The position numbers and the translations under genes are program-made. DNA of 64,000 nucleotides, taken from an uncultured Thermoanaerobaculia bacterium (lineage in GTDB: Bacteria > Acidobacteriota > Thermoanaerobaculia > Gp7-AA8). Location: positions 34,824 through 98,823 of the forward strand of contig CAZLGP010000232.1 of the NCBI GenBank assembly GCA_964558905.1, written 5' to 3'. Positions 51,920 through 62,173 of the stretch are shown here, one piece after another (positions within the stretch are counted from its first letter, which is position 1; each line of letters begins with the position of its first letter). The notes below the pieces were generated by a model that was not told the origin of the DNA, did no database searches, and saw only the letters and a program-made list of their open reading frames with translations.

Positions 51920-52111
51920 TCACACGACGTGATGCTTCAGCGCGTCATCCCGATTCCGCGAGAACAAGATCAGGACGATCGCCCCGACCAGGATGAGCCA
52001 CTTCCACGGCTCGACCTTCGGCAGGTCCTGAATCAGGTAGACCTGCACCGCGAAGATCAGCGGCAGCACGGCCAGGACGATCCAACCGAACCAGAAGAGG
52101 GCTTTACGCAT
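51920..52111 (-). CDS. Small two-TM membrane protein
   Basis: MRKALFWFGWIVLAVLPLIFAVQVYLI..WKWLILVGAIVLILF (Met17 of track ORF). Confidence 0.45.
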   Translation of the reverse strand: MRKALFWFGWIVLAVLPLIFAVQVYLIQDLPKVEPWKWLILVGAIVLILFSRNRDDALKHHVV

Positions 52112-52174
52112 CGCGACCTCCAAGTGTCGTATGCCCAATATCGGCTTCGGGCGCCGCATCCCATTTGACGGACG

Positions 52175-53392
52175 TCACCGTCGAGCGTGATTGGACGACG
52201 CCGCCGTCGTCACGCAGGCGAGGGCCTGACTCAGGTCCGCGAGGAGATCGTCGAGATCCTCACAGCCGGCCGCGAGTCGCACGAGCCCGGGAGTGATCCC
52301 TTCGCGACGCTGAACCTCTTCCGCCACACCCTTGTGGGTCATCGACGCCGGATGCTCGATCAGCGATTCGACGCCGCCCAGCGAGACGGCGAGCGTGATC
52401 GTACGGACGTTGTTCATCAGCACCCGGCCCGCTTCCACGCCACCCCGCAGCTCGAACGCCAGGACCGATCCGGGCCCGGACATCTGCCGCTGCGCGAGCG
52501 CGTACTGCGGATGCGACGGCAGACCGGGAAAGCGCACCCACGACACCTCTTCGTGCTGCTCGAGCCACTCCGCGATCGCGAGCGCATTCGCTTGCGCGCG
52601 CTCGACCCGCATGCCCAGCGTACGGATCCCGCGGAGGACCAGCCACGCCTGGTGGGGATCCATCGTCAGACCGAGCGACACCGCGGCGTCACGAATCGCC
52701 GCGAGCGTCGCCGACTCCCGAGCGACGACGATTCCCGCCACGACGTCACTGTGCCCGTTGAGCGACTTCGTCATCGAGTGCAGCACGACGTCGGCGCCGA
52801 GCTCGATCGGCCGCTGCAGATGCGGGCCGGCAAAGGTGTTGTCGACGACCAGAGGAATGCCCGCCGCATGCGCGGCCGCCGAGGCCGCCGCGAGATCGAC
52901 GAGCACGAGGGTCGGATTGGCAGGCGTTTCCACGAGGAGCATCCGCGTCCGCGGCCCGATCGCCGCCGCAATCGACTTGTCGTCCTCGGCGGGGACGAAC
53001 GTCGTCGTCACGCCGAACCTCGGCAGCCACCGCGTCAGCACTCCATGGGTGGTGCCGTAGAGCGGATGCGCCGCGACGACATGGTCGCCTTCGCGGAGCA
53101 ATCCGAAGAGCACCGCCGTCACCGCGGCCATCCCGGTGGCCGTGCCCACGGCGCCACATCCCCCTTCCAACTCCGCCACGCACTCCTCGAGGGCCTGCAC
53201 GGTCGGATTGCCGAGGCGCGTGTAGATCGGGCCCGGCGACGTCCCCGCGAACCGCGCGGCCCCCTCCTCGGCCGATGGAAAGGCGAACGTGGAGGTCTGA
53301 TAGATCGGCACGGACACCGCGCCGCGGTGCTCCAGCGGATCGAGACCTGCGTGAATGGCACGGGTATGAGGGCCGGTCGATGATTTCGTCAT
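52175..53392 (-). CDS. PLP-dependent Cys/Met metabolism enzyme (cystathionine gamma-synthase / methionine gamma-lyase family)
   Basis: Strings RAIHAG, PIYQTSTFAF, YTRLGNPT, HSMTKSLNGHSDVVAG (PLP Lys). 405 aa. Confidence 0.85.
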   Translation of the reverse strand: MTKSSTGPHTRAIHAGLDPLEHRGAVSVPIYQTSTFAFPSAEEGAARFAGTSPGPIYTRLGNPTVQALEECVAELEGGCGAVGTATGMAAVTAVLFGLLREGDHVVAAHPLYGTTHGVLTRWLPRFGVTTTFVPAEDDKSIAAAIGPRTRMLLVETPANPTLVLVDLAAASAAAHAAGIPLVVDNTFAGPHLQRPIELGADVVLHSMTKSLNGHSDVVAGIVVARESATLAAIRDAAVSLGLTMDPHQAWLVLRGIRTLGMRVERAQANALAIAEWLEQHEEVSWVRFPGLPSHPQYALAQRQMSGPGSVLAFELRGGVEAGRVLMNNVRTITLAVSLGGVESLIEHPASMTHKGVAEEVQRREGITPGLVRLAAGCEDLDDLLADLSQALACVTTAASSNHARR

Positions 53393-53502
53393 GGCAAGCC
53401 CGATCGTACGGGCGCATGCGATGGGACCGTGCGGCGGTCGTCACCGCGCAGCGTGACTGTCACCCGCGCAGCTCCGCGCCGCGCCTACGGGGAGGGGGCG
53501 AT

Positions 53503-53615
53503 TAGGACGGATAGGACGAATGAGACGGATAGGACGAATGGGTAGCCCGGCTACCTATCAGTCCTATCAGTCCTATCAGTCCTATCCGTCCTATCCGTCC
53601 CATCCGTCCCATTCG
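53503..53615. repeat. 9-mer inverted array E (hairpin) in a divergent promoter region
   Basis: TAGGACGGA TAGGACGAA TGAGACGGA TAGGACGAA, centre TGGGTAGCCCGGCTACCTA, then (TCAGTCCTA)x3, TCCGTCCTA x2, TCCGTCCCA x2. Confidence 0.9.
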
Positions 53616-53737
53616 CCCCCGCCGCCGTCGACGGGATCGTGGACAGGGAACGCTGCGCGACACACGGATTTCACGCACCGCGCGCTCGGCTTGCGGCAGA
53701 ATGTCGGACCGCACCGATAAACGAAGGGGAAGTCTTC

Positions 53738-54454
53738 ATGGAAGCTCTGGTCGAGATTCGCGACGTTCACAAGGTCTACCGCCGGGACTCGTTCGACGTC
53801 CCCGTCCTCAACGGCGTCTCCGTCAACGTCCCGCGCGGCGATTTCCTCGCGCTCATGGGGCCGTCCGGCTCCGGCAAGACCACGCTACTCAACCTCATCG
53901 CCGGGATCGACCGTCCCACGCGCGGGCAGGTCCTCGTCGACGGGAAGGAGATCTCCTCGCTCAGCGAGACGAAGCTCGCCACCTGGCGCGCCACCCACGT
54001 CGGCTTCATCTTCCAGATGTACAACCTCATTCCCGTGCTCAACGCCTTCGACAACGTCGAGCTCCCGTTGCTCCTGACGCACCTGAAGAAGAAAGAGCGC
54101 CGCGAGCACGTCGAGGCCGCGCTGCAGATCGTCGGCCTCGCCGACCGCATGGATCACTTCCCCCGCCAGCTCTCCGGCGGCCAGGAGCAACGCGTGGCCA
54201 TCGCCCGCGCCGTCGTCACCGACCCCACCATCCTCGTCGCCGACGAGCCCACGGGCGACCTCGACGCGAAGAGCGCACACGAGATCCTCGATCTCCTCCA
54301 TCTCCTCAACGCCGATCACGGCAAGACCATCGTCATGGTCACCCACGATCCGAAGGCCGCCGAGCGCGCCAACCACGTCCTCCATCTCGACAAAGGGATT
54401 CTTGTCGAAACACAGACAGAGGCCCGAGAGGAAGGAGCGCCGCACCAGGCATGA
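53738..54454 (+). CDS. ABC transporter ATP-binding protein (MacB/LolD type)
   Basis: Met34 of track ORF. Motifs [37 protein letters not shown]. Confidence 0.9.
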   Translation: MEALVEIRDVHKVYRRDSFDVPVLNGVSVNVPRGDFLALMGPSGSGKTTLLNLIAGIDRPTRGQVLVDGKEISSLSETKLATWRATHVGFIFQMYNLIPVLNAFDNVELPLLLTHLKKKERREHVEAALQIVGLADRMDHFPRQLSGGQEQRVAIARAVVTDPTILVADEPTGDLDAKSAHEILDLLHLLNADHGKTIVMVTHDPKAAERANHVLHLDKGILVETQTEAREEGAPHQA

Positions 54455-55599
54455 AGTTCGGCAAGCTGATCCTGCGCAACCTCTTTCGCAACAAGCTGCG
54501 CACCATCCTCACCCTCGTGCTGATGGCGGCGATCTTCTTCTTCATCGCCACGCTCCTCTCGATCCTCGCGAACTTCGAGACCGCCGCGAGCTCGGGCGAG
54601 GGGCAGAACCGGCTCTGCGTGCAGTCGGCCATCTCGCTCGGCAATCCCCTGCCGCTGTCTCACGAGTCGAAGATCGCCACGATCCCCGGCATCGTCGACA
54701 TCGCCAAGCTGCAGTGGGTCGGCGCGTACTACAAAGAGCCCCGGAACTTCTTCGCCAATTTCGCCGTCGATCACGACAAGATGGAGACGGTCTGGGACGA
54801 CTACGCCACGCCGAAAGACCAGCTCGAGGCCTTCAAGGCCGACCGCACCGCCGCGATCGTCGGGCCGGAGCTCCTCGAGCGCTACGGCTGGAAGATCGGC
54901 GACCGCGTCACTCTCATCGGCACGATCTTCCCCTTCAACCCCGAGGTCACGATCCGCGGAGTCTACGAGCACAAGATCGACTCCTCGTCGTTCTTCTTCC
55001 GCTGGGACTACTTCTACGAGGCCACGAAAGACATCACCGGAGGCATGATCGGCACGTACTGGGTGCGCGTGCGCGATCCGAAGGACATGCCCGCGATCAG
55101 CCAGAAGGTCGACGACATGTTTCGCAACTCCGACTACCCCACCGAGACGTTCACGGAGAAGGAGTTCCAACAGCAGTTCATGGCAATGATCGGCAACATC
55201 AAGCTGCTGTTCACGGTCGTCTCGATCTGCTCGATCTTCATGGTCATCCTGCTCGCGGCGATCACGATGAGCATGGCCGCGCGAGAGAGGGTGACCGAGG
55301 TGGCGGTGCTGAAGGCGATCGGCTTCACGCGCGGGATGATCCTCACCATGATGCTGATCGAGTTCATCACCCTCGGCCTCCTCGGCGGAGCGCTCGGCAC
55401 GTTCGGCGCGAAGATCCTCTACCGCTTCGTCAACATGACCGAGGTGACGCAGGGCTTCCTCCTGGCGTTCGGGGTGAATTCCGAGACCGTGTTGACCTGC
55501 CTCGCCGCGGCGGCGATCGTCGGCCTCCTGGCCGGCGGCCTGCCGGCGTTGCGCTCGGCGCGGCTCTCGGTCGTCGACGGCCTCAGGAAGGTGTGGTGA
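54451..55599 (+). CDS. ABC transporter permease, FtsX/MacB family
   Basis: [21 protein letters not shown].. ATGA overlap with the ATPase gene. C-terminal FtsX 3-TM block ([14 protein letters not shown]). Confidence 0.85.
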   Translation: MKFGKLILRNLFRNKLRTILTLVLMAAIFFFIATLLSILANFETAASSGEGQNRLCVQSAISLGNPLPLSHESKIATIPGIVDIAKLQWVGAYYKEPRNFFANFAVDHDKMETVWDDYATPKDQLEAFKADRTAAIVGPELLERYGWKIGDRVTLIGTIFPFNPEVTIRGVYEHKIDSSSFFFRWDYFYEATKDITGGMIGTYWVRVRDPKDMPAISQKVDDMFRNSDYPTETFTEKEFQQQFMAMIGNIKLLFTVVSICSIFMVILLAAITMSMAARERVTEVAVLKAIGFTRGMILTMMLIEFITLGLLGGALGTFGAKILYRFVNMTEVTQGFLLAFGVNSETVLTCLAAAAIVGLLAGGLPALRSARLSVVDGLRKVW

Positions 55600-55603
55600 C
55601 GCG

Positions 55604-56767
55604 ATGGCCATCCCGCTGAAGTACAACATCGGAAATCTCATGAGCCGCAAGGGCTCGTCGGCAATGACGGTCCTCGGCATCGGCGTGGTCATCGCGGTGA
55701 TGGTGGCCATGATGGCGCTCTACAACGGCGTGCAGCAGGCCCTCGTCTCCTCGGGGTCGAAGGAGAACATGATCATCCTGCGCGAGGGTGCGCAGGCCGA
55801 GTCGACGAGCCTGGTGTCGCGCGACAAATACCGCATCCTCCGCGACCTGCCCGGCATCGCGAAGGCAGCGGACGGCCAGCCGCTGGTCTCGCCCGAGCTC
55901 GTGATCATCTTCAAGCTCCCCCGCCGCGACAATCCCACCGGTTCGAACGTGAACGTCCGCGGAGTCACGCCGAATGCGCTCGAGCTCCGGCCGTTCATGA
56001 AGCTCGTCGAGGGGCGCATGTTCCGCTCGGGAGTGAACGAGGTGATCGTCTCGCAGCGCATGCGCGAGCGCTTCGTCGACCTCGACATCGGCGACACGTT
56101 CCGGTTCGGGACGCAGACCTGGTCGGTGGTGGGCGTCTTCGACGCGAAGGGCACGAGCTTCGACTCCGAGATCTGGGCCGACGTCGAGACCCTCGGCCTG
56201 GCCCAGAAGCGTCCCGATTACTCCGCGGTGCTGACCCGGCCGGAAAGCGCGAGCGCGTTCAAGACCATCGCCGACGCCATCCAGTCCGACCCGCGCCTCA
56301 AGCTGCAGTCGAAGACGGAGTACACGTACTACGACGAGCAGACCACCGGGCTGCTCGGGATCCGCATCCTCGTGACCATCGTCGCCTTCTTCATGGTCCT
56401 CGGCGCCACGCTGGGGGCGATGAACACGATGTTCTCGGCCGTCGCCTCGAGGAAGCGCGAGCTGGCCACCATGCGCGCCCTCGGCTTCAAGCGCCGCGAC
56501 GTCCTGCTATCCGTGGTCGTGGAGGCGATCGTCCTCAGCGGCCTGGCCGGCATCGCCGGCGTGCTCATGGCCCTCCCGGTCAACGGCATCGCCACCGGAA
56601 CGGCGAACTTCATCACGTTCTCCGAGGTGGCCTTCAACTTCACCATCTCCACGGAAGTGGCCGTCTTCGCGGTCGTCCTGGCGATCGTGGCCGGCGTGAT
56701 CGGAGGGCTCCTGCCCGCGATCAGCGCGGCCAGGCTGCCGATCACGCAGGCGTTGCGGGAGATTTGA
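55604..56767 (+). CDS. ABC transporter permease, FtsX/MacB family (second)
   Basis: MAIPLKYNIGNLMSRKGSSAMTVLGI.. and ATMRALGFKRRDVLLSVVVEA. 387 aa. Confidence 0.85.
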   Translation: MAIPLKYNIGNLMSRKGSSAMTVLGIGVVIAVMVAMMALYNGVQQALVSSGSKENMIILREGAQAESTSLVSRDKYRILRDLPGIAKAADGQPLVSPELVIIFKLPRRDNPTGSNVNVRGVTPNALELRPFMKLVEGRMFRSGVNEVIVSQRMRERFVDLDIGDTFRFGTQTWSVVGVFDAKGTSFDSEIWADVETLGLAQKRPDYSAVLTRPESASAFKTIADAIQSDPRLKLQSKTEYTYYDEQTTGLLGIRILVTIVAFFMVLGATLGAMNTMFSAVASRKRELATMRALGFKRRDVLLSVVVEAIVLSGLAGIAGVLMALPVNGIATGTANFITFSEVAFNFTISTEVAVFAVVLAIVAGVIGGLLPAISAARLPITQALREI

Positions 56768-56768
56768 T

Positions 56769-56922
56769 TAGGACGGATGGACCGATGGGACGAATGGGAC
56801 CCATGGGACCCATGGGACGAATGGGTAGACCGTTCCACCCATTCGAATAGGATCTATGAGACGAATGGGGAGACCGTTCCACCCATTCGTCCCATGGGTC
56901 CCATGCGTCCCATAGGTCCCAT
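56769..56922. repeat. 9-mer inverted array F with duplicated hairpin centre
   Basis: Six forward units, then GAATGGGTAGACCGTTCCACCCATTCG and GAATGGGGAGACCGTTCCACCCATTCG (two copies of the centre), then four reverse units. Lies between two convergent stops. Confidence 0.9.
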
Positions 56923-56935
56923 CCCCCTCCCCCCT

Positions 56936-57709
56936 TCAGTGCTCGCAGCCCGCTCCGCACCCTCCGCCCGCGAGCGCGAACGCCGGGGTGTTCCCCGCCT
57001 GCTCCTCCATCGCGATCGCGCGGGGGAAGTAGACGTTGTTCTCGATGTGCACGTGCTCGTGCGTGCGCGCTTCGAATTCCGCGAGGCGGCGGTACAGCTC
57101 GCGATAGCTGAAGCAGGCGTCCTGCGGCACCAGGTAGCCGTCCGTGACGCTGCGCAGGCGCGCCAGCAGCTCGCCGACGCGATCGTGCTCGAGCATCATC
57201 ATCCGCACCGGGTTCTTCACCGTGCCGAAGAACGGCGTCGGCGCGGGGGTGCCGGACTCGCGCGCTTCCTCGAGCTGCTCCACGTACGGGAAGAGCACCT
57301 GCTCCTCCTTCAGCATGTGCGGCAGCATGTCGTTCGACAGATCGTGGACCGTCGCCAGAACGACGGCCAGCTCGTCATGGCGGCCACCGTGCACGCCGTA
57401 CACCTTCTCCGCGAGCGGCCGGAGCGTCTCCAGCTCCTCGCGCGTGTAGCGGTGATACGCCTCGCAGATGTGCGCGGCGATGCCCGCGAGCGACTCCTTC
57501 GCCCAGTCTCGGCTCACGTTGTCCGGAACCACGGCAGCCATCTCCAGCGCACGGATGAACTCGTCGACGCTCTTCCCCGCCGCCGCGCACGCGTCCGGCA
57601 GCGGCGTCATCCCGCCGCAGCAGTAATCGATCTTCCAGGCCTCGAAGATCCGGATCGAGACCGGGACATCGGCGGCAAGCTCGCCAACAGTACGTTCGTG
57701 CATGTTCAT
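56936..57709 (-). CDS. ytfE: Iron-sulfur cluster repair di-iron protein (RIC/YtfE/ScdA family)
   Basis: ScdA_N string WKIDYCCGG. Hemerythrin-like HxxxE/H motifs (HMLKEEQVLFP, MMLEHD, HEHVHIENNVYFP). Unusual Cys/Gly tail GGGCGAGCEH. Confidence 0.85.
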   Translation of the reverse strand: MNMHERTVGELAADVPVSIRIFEAWKIDYCCGGMTPLPDACAAAGKSVDEFIRALEMAAVVPDNVSRDWAKESLAGIAAHICEAYHRYTREELETLRPLAEKVYGVHGGRHDELAVVLATVHDLSNDMLPHMLKEEQVLFPYVEQLEEARESGTPAPTPFFGTVKNPVRMMMLEHDRVGELLARLRSVTDGYLVPQDACFSYRELYRRLAEFEARTHEHVHIENNVYFPRAIAMEEQAGNTPAFALAGGGCGAGCEH

Positions 57710-57782
57710 GTGTGTTTCCTCCGTAGGTCGTGATTGTCGGAGGTCGCGCGGCCCGCGGCTATGACGGAAGTCATGGGGGGAG

Positions 57783-58195
57783 GCGGTTGGCGGTTGGCGG
57801 TGGCCGGTTTCCCGTGGCCGGTTGCCCGTTGCCCGTGGCCCGTGGCCGGTGGCCAGTTGCCCGTGGCCGGTTGCCCGTGGCCCGTGGCCGGTTGCCCGTT
57901 GCCGGTTGCCGGTTGCCAGTGGCCGGTTGCCAGTTGCCAGTTGCCAGTTGACAGTGCCGGTGGCCAGTTGCCAGGAAGGTGCCGGGCGTGGCGCGCGAAG
58001 GCGCGCCGTACAATCTGGCCCCGGGCTCTGCCCGGGGTCGGGGTTAGATTGGATTGCGCGCCTTCGCGCGCATCACCGCACCGCCTTCGTCGACGCCGGG
58101 CCCACTACTGGCAACCGGCAACTGGCAACTGGCAACCGGCCACTGGCAACTGGCAACTGGCAACCGGCCACTGGCAACTGGCAACTGGCCACTAT
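57783..58195. repeat. Giant heptamer inverted array H8 (about 27 units left, about 13 units right, ~130-nt core)
   Basis: Left arm 57783-57974 has units GGTTGGC, GGTGGCC, GGTTGCC, CGTGGCC, AGTTGCC and others. The core contains GGCGCGCGAAGGCGCGCC. Right arm 58103-58195 has units ACTGGCA, ACCGGCA, ACCGGCC. Confidence 0.9.
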
Positions 58196-58273
58196 CGGCA
58201 AGATCTCTCACTCGATTCCGCTCCGGTGGTGTATGTTGACCCATAAGTCGCTATCCGCTGCAAGGAGTCGCCA

Positions 58274-61200
58274 GTGCTGAATACCTTCCGTCGTGCCCTC
58301 AGGACTGTGGCCGTTTCCTTTTTTCTCGCTGCCGCCCTCACCGCGGCCGCCCAGTCCGACGTCGACATCGAAAAGTTCACGAACGGCCAGAACGCGGACA
58401 CCGCGCCCGGGCCCGGCGTCATCGTCGGCTCCACCGTCAACTGGACCTACGTCGTCACCAACACCGGCAGCCGTCCGCTGACCGACATCGAGGTCACCGA
58501 CGATCAGGGCGTCGTCGTCACCTGTCCCGCGACCACCCTCGGCGCCGGCGAGTCCTTCAACTGCACTGCCAGCGACGTCGCGATCGCCGGCCAGTACGCG
58601 AACATCGGCACCGTCATGGCCACGCTGCCCGACGCCAGCGAGGTCACGGACTCCGACCCCAGCCACTACTTCGGCCAGGCCGCACCGGCGGTCACCATCG
58701 AGAAGCACACCAACGACGAGGACGCGGACACGGCCCCCGGTCCCTCCCTCCCGGTCGGCAGCACCGTCGACTGGACCTACGAGATCACCAACATCGGCAC
58801 CGAGGACCTCATTGAGATCGTCGTGACCGACGATCAGGGAGTCAGTGTCAGCTGCCCCGGGACGGATCTCGCCCCCGGCGCGTCGATGACCTGCACTGCG
58901 TCCGGCATCGTGCAGCCCGGGCAATACATGAATCTCGGCACCGTCGAGGCCTTGCTCCCCGATGAGAGCGGCGTCGTCGCCTCCGACCCCAGCCACTACT
59001 ACGGGCAGACACTCGAGCTCATCAAGCGTACGAACGGCGTCCAGGCACCCGGGCCGCCCGGACCGACGGTCGCCCCCGGCTCCACCGTCAACTGGACCTA
59101 CGAGGTCACCAACCCCGGCCCGGCCACCGTCACCGGGCTCTCGGTCACCGATGACCAGGGCGTCGTCGTCACCTGCTCCCAGGCAACACTGGCGGCCGGG
59201 GAAAGCGTGACCTGCACGGCCAGCGGCCCCGCCATCGCCGGCCAGTACGCCAACGTCGGCACCGCCACCGCCACCCTCCCCCTCGGCGGCGTGATCACCG
59301 TCAACGACGCCAGTCACTATTTCGGCAACCCGATCGCCATCGAGAAATCGACGAACGGTGTCGATGCCGACACGCCGCCCGGAGTCGCGGTGCCTCCCGG
59401 CGATCCCGTGACCTGGACGTACGAGGTCACGAACCTCGGCAGCGATCCGCTCACCGACGTCACCGTCACCGACGACCAGGGCGTCACCGTCACCTGCCCG
59501 CAGACGACGCTCGCCGCCGGCGAGTCGATGACCTGCACGGCGAACGGCATCGCCATCGCCGGCCAATACGCCAACCTCGGCACGGTCGAAGGCACGCTGC
59601 CCTCGACCGCCACGGTCTCCGCATCCGACCCGAGCCACTACTTCGGCCAGGACACGAGCATCGACTTCGGCGACGCGCCGGATCCGACCTACCAGACCCT
59701 CCTCGCCTCGAACGGCGCGCGGCACATCCTCGGCGGCACGCTTTTCCTGGGACAGTGCGTCGACGCCGAGGCCGACGGCCTCCCGAGCGCCGCGGCCGAT
59801 GGCGACGATCTCGACGCCGGTCCCGTTTTCGGCACCTGCGCCGTGGCCGGCGACGACGAAGACGGCGTGACCTTCACCTCCGACCTTCGCACCGGCTTCA
59901 CCGCCGGCGTCGACGTCGTCGCGTCCGAACCGTGCACCCTGTCCGCGTGGATCGACTTCAACGGCGACGGCGACTGGGGAGACCCCGACGACGATCTCTT
60001 CCCCGGCGGGACGGCACTCCTCGCGGGCACGAATTCGCTGACCTTCAATGTCCCCGCAGGCGCGACTCCCGGAGCCTCCTTCGCGCGCTTCCGCTGCACC
60101 ACGGACGGCGCCGTCGGCTTCACCGGCGAGGCGAGCGACGGCGAGGTCGAGGACTACGCCGTCACGATCATCGTGCCCACTCCCGCGGTCGGCGCGACCA
60201 AGGATGACGCTCTGCTCGTCGACGGCGACAGCGACGGACTCGCCGATCCCGGCGACACGCTCCGCTACACCATCGTCATCACCAACAACGGCACCGGCGA
60301 CGCCACCTCCGTCGTCTTCAACGACACCCCCGACCCGAACACCGCCCTCGTCGTCGGCTCCGTCACCACCACCGCCGGCACGGTGACCACCGGCAACACC
60401 GCCGGCGACACCACCGTCGCTGTCGACGCCGGAACGCTCGCCGCGTACGGCGGGTCCGTGACCATCACCTTCGACGTCGTCGTCGACGACCCCCTCGCGG
60501 CCGGCGTGACCGAGGTGTCGAACCAGGGGAGCGTGAGCGGCGCGAACTTCAGCACCGTCGCGACGAACACGGTCGTCACGCCCATCAACCGCACGCCCGA
60601 TGTCACCGCGACGAAAGACGACGCTCTGCTCGTCGACGGCGACAGCGACGGACTCGCCGACCCGGGCGACACGCTCCGCTACACCATCGTCATCACCAAC
60701 AACGGCACCGGCGACGCCACCTCCGTCGTCTTCAGCGACACCCCCGACCCGAACACCGCCCTCGTCGTCGGCTCCGTCACCACCACCGCCGGCACGGTGA
60801 CCACCGGAAACACCGCCGGCGACACCACCGTCGCCGTCGATGCCGGAACGCTCGCCGCGTACGGCGGGTCCGTGACCATCACCTTCGACGTCGTCGTCGA
60901 CGACCCCCTCGCATCCGGCGTGACCGAGGTGTCGAACCAGGGGAGCGTGAGCGGCGCGAACTTCAGCACCGTCGCGACGAACACCGTCGTCACGCCCATC
61001 AACCGCACGCCGATCGTCAGTGCGACGAAGACCGCCGAGCTGCAGAACGACCAGGAGACCCTTCGCTACACCATCATCATCACCAACAGCGGCACCGGCG
61101 ACGCCACCGGCATCATGTTCGACGACACGCCCGATCCGAACACCTCGATCGTCATCGGCTCGGTCACGACGACCCAGGGAACGGTCACCTCCGGCAACAC

Positions 61201-61507
61201 CGCGGGCGACACCACGGTCGCCGTCGACGCCGGCACCATCGGCCCGTACGGAGGCACGGTCACGATCGTCTTCGACGTGGCCATCAACGATCCCCTGCCC
61301 GAGGGCGTTACCGAGATCGTGAATTCCGGAACGGTCAGCGGCTCGAACATCGCCCCGGTCCAGACCGACGATCCCGCGCAACCCGGCTCCTCCGACCCGA
61401 CGATTTTCGCCTGGGCGCTCTTCGCCATCCCAACCCTGAAGACCTGGGCCCTCATGGCCCTCCTCGCGACCCTCGGCACCGTCGCCGCGTTGAAGCTCGC
61501 GCGGTGA
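58274..61507 (+). CDS. Large surface protein: 5 Ig-like repeats + GEVED domain + 3 DUF11-type repeats + IPTL-CTERM sorting signal
   Basis: Signal peptide. Five repeats of ..V.WTY.VTN.G...L..I.VTDDQGV.V.CP...L..GES..CTA... Strings SDGEVEDYAVTI and ATKDDALLVDGDSDGLADPGDTLRYTIVITNNGTGDAT (two copies nearly identical at DNA level). C-terminus AIPTLKTWALMALLATLGTVAALKLAR. Confidence 0.8.
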   Translation: MLNTFRRALRTVAVSFFLAAALTAAAQSDVDIEKFTNGQNADTAPGPGVIVGSTVNWTYVVTNTGSRPLTDIEVTDDQGVVVTCPATTLGAGESFNCTASDVAIAGQYANIGTVMATLPDASEVTDSDPSHYFGQAAPAVTIEKHTNDEDADTAPGPSLPVGSTVDWTYEITNIGTEDLIEIVVTDDQGVSVSCPGTDLAPGASMTCTASGIVQPGQYMNLGTVEALLPDESGVVASDPSHYYGQTLELIKRTNGVQAPGPPGPTVAPGSTVNWTYEVTNPGPATVTGLSVTDDQGVVVTCSQATLAAGESVTCTASGPAIAGQYANVGTATATLPLGGVITVNDASHYFGNPIAIEKSTNGVDADTPPGVAVPPGDPVTWTYEVTNLGSDPLTDVTVTDDQGVTVTCPQTTLAAGESMTCTANGIAIAGQYANLGTVEGTLPSTATVSASDPSHYFGQDTSIDFGDAPDPTYQTLLASNGARHILGGTLFLGQCVDAEADGLPSAAADGDDLDAGPVFGTCAVAGDDEDGVTFTSDLRTGFTAGVDVVASEPCTLSAWIDFNGDGDWGDPDDDLFPGGTALLAGTNSLTFNVPAGATPGASFARFRCTTDGAVGFTGEASDGEVEDYAVTIIVPTPAVGATKDDALLVDGDSDGLADPGDTLRYTIVITNNGTGDATSVVFNDTPDPNTALVVGSVTTTAGTVTTGNTAGDTTVAVDAGTLAAYGGSVTITFDVVVDDPLAAGVTEVSNQGSVSGANFSTVATNTVVTPINRTPDVTATKDDALLVDGDSDGLADPGDTLRYTIVITNNGTGDATSVVFSDTPDPNTALVVGSVTTTAGTVTTGNTAGDTTVAVDAGTLAAYGGSVTITFDVVVDDPLASGVTEVSNQGSVSGANFSTVATNTVVTPINRTPIVSATKTAELQNDQETLRYTIIITNSGTGDATGIMFDDTPDPNTSIVIGSVTTTQGTVTSGNTAGDTTVAVDAGTIGPYGGTVTIVFDVAINDPLPEGVTEIVNSGTVSGSNIAPVQTDDPAQPGSSDPTIFAWALFAIPTLKTWALMALLATLGTVAALKLAR

Positions 61508-61689
61508 AGACCCGCGGAGCGCCCGCATGCGGAGCGCCGGCTTCCAGCCGGCCGCTCCGCCGGCATCCTGCCGGCCCGCTCTCGCGAGGAACCCGGCGGC
61601 TGGAAGCCGGCGTAGCGGCCGCCTGGAAGGCGGCGCTGGAGTTTGGCCTTTTCGCGGCGCCGCAGGGAGATCGTCCCGGAGGGACATCA

Positions 61690-61866
61690 GTGGGTAGCCG
61701 GTGGCAAGCGCGAAAGCGCGCAGCCACCGGAATGGAGAGCACGCATATCAAGCCGCCCCGAAGGGGCGGAAGAGATAGCCGTCTGCTGCCGCCCCTACCG
61801 GGGCGGAGATCAACCACGAACGCCGGTCCGGTGGCGGCGCTTCGCGCTCGCCACCGGCTACCCTCT
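61690..61866. mobile_element. MITE-A, second full copy
   Basis: GTGGGTAGCCGGTGGCAAGCGCG ... CGCGCTCGCCACCGGCTACCCTCT. The interior matches 44675-44844 (GCCGCCCC(T)ACCGGGGCGG). Flanked by a ~40-bp direct repeat GGCTGGAAGCCGGCGTAGCGGCCGCCTGGAAGGCGGCGCT at ~61587 and ~61933. Confidence 0.75.
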
Positions 61867-62044
61867 ACCGCGCCTCCGGCGCAACCGGGGACCCGCGTAG
61901 CGGACCATCGGACTCGCGTAGCGCGCCCGGTGCCGGCTGGAAGCCGGCGTAGCGGCCGCCTGGAAGGCGGCGCTCCGCGAAGGCGGTGCTCCGCGGTTTC
62001 CGTGACCAGTGCTCCAATCCGCAGTACAACTGCGCGGTAGTAAG

Positions 62045-62139
62045 GTCAGGCGCGTTGCGCCGCCCGAAGCCGCGACCATCGAAGAGATCCGCGAACGCGC
62101 CGTAAGGCGGAGCAACCAGCGCAGCCGGCCGTGCCGGCC
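62045..62139. repeat. ~95-bp repeat, copy 2, ending ~34 nt upstream of the malate synthase start codon
   Basis: GTCAGGCGCGTTGCGCCGCCCGAAGCCGC...AAGGCGGAGCAACCAGCGCAGCCGGCCGTGCCGGCC. Same orientation relative to the downstream gene as copy 1. Confidence 0.8.
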
Positions 62140-62173
62140 CGGTCGGCACGACTCTGGCTTCGAAGGAACACGA

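Noticed and set aside
53393-53502. Possible SAM/T-box-type riboswitch in the leader of the PLP Cys/Met enzyme gene.
   Set aside because: I see no conserved riboswitch core motifs. The leader is short and mostly followed by the 9-mer hairpin. It would need an Rfam/Infernal scan to exclude.
57730-58280. ORFs encoding PPTANRQP / WPVAGCQLPVA / IGRMGRMGR / YSSYSSYSS-type peptides (for example 57730..57951, 57734..58246, 29550..29783, 34294..34620, 53502..53714, 1878..2261).
   Set aside because: These are simply translations of the 7-mer and 9-mer tandem arrays in various frames. Both strands and several frames are open, which argues against coding.
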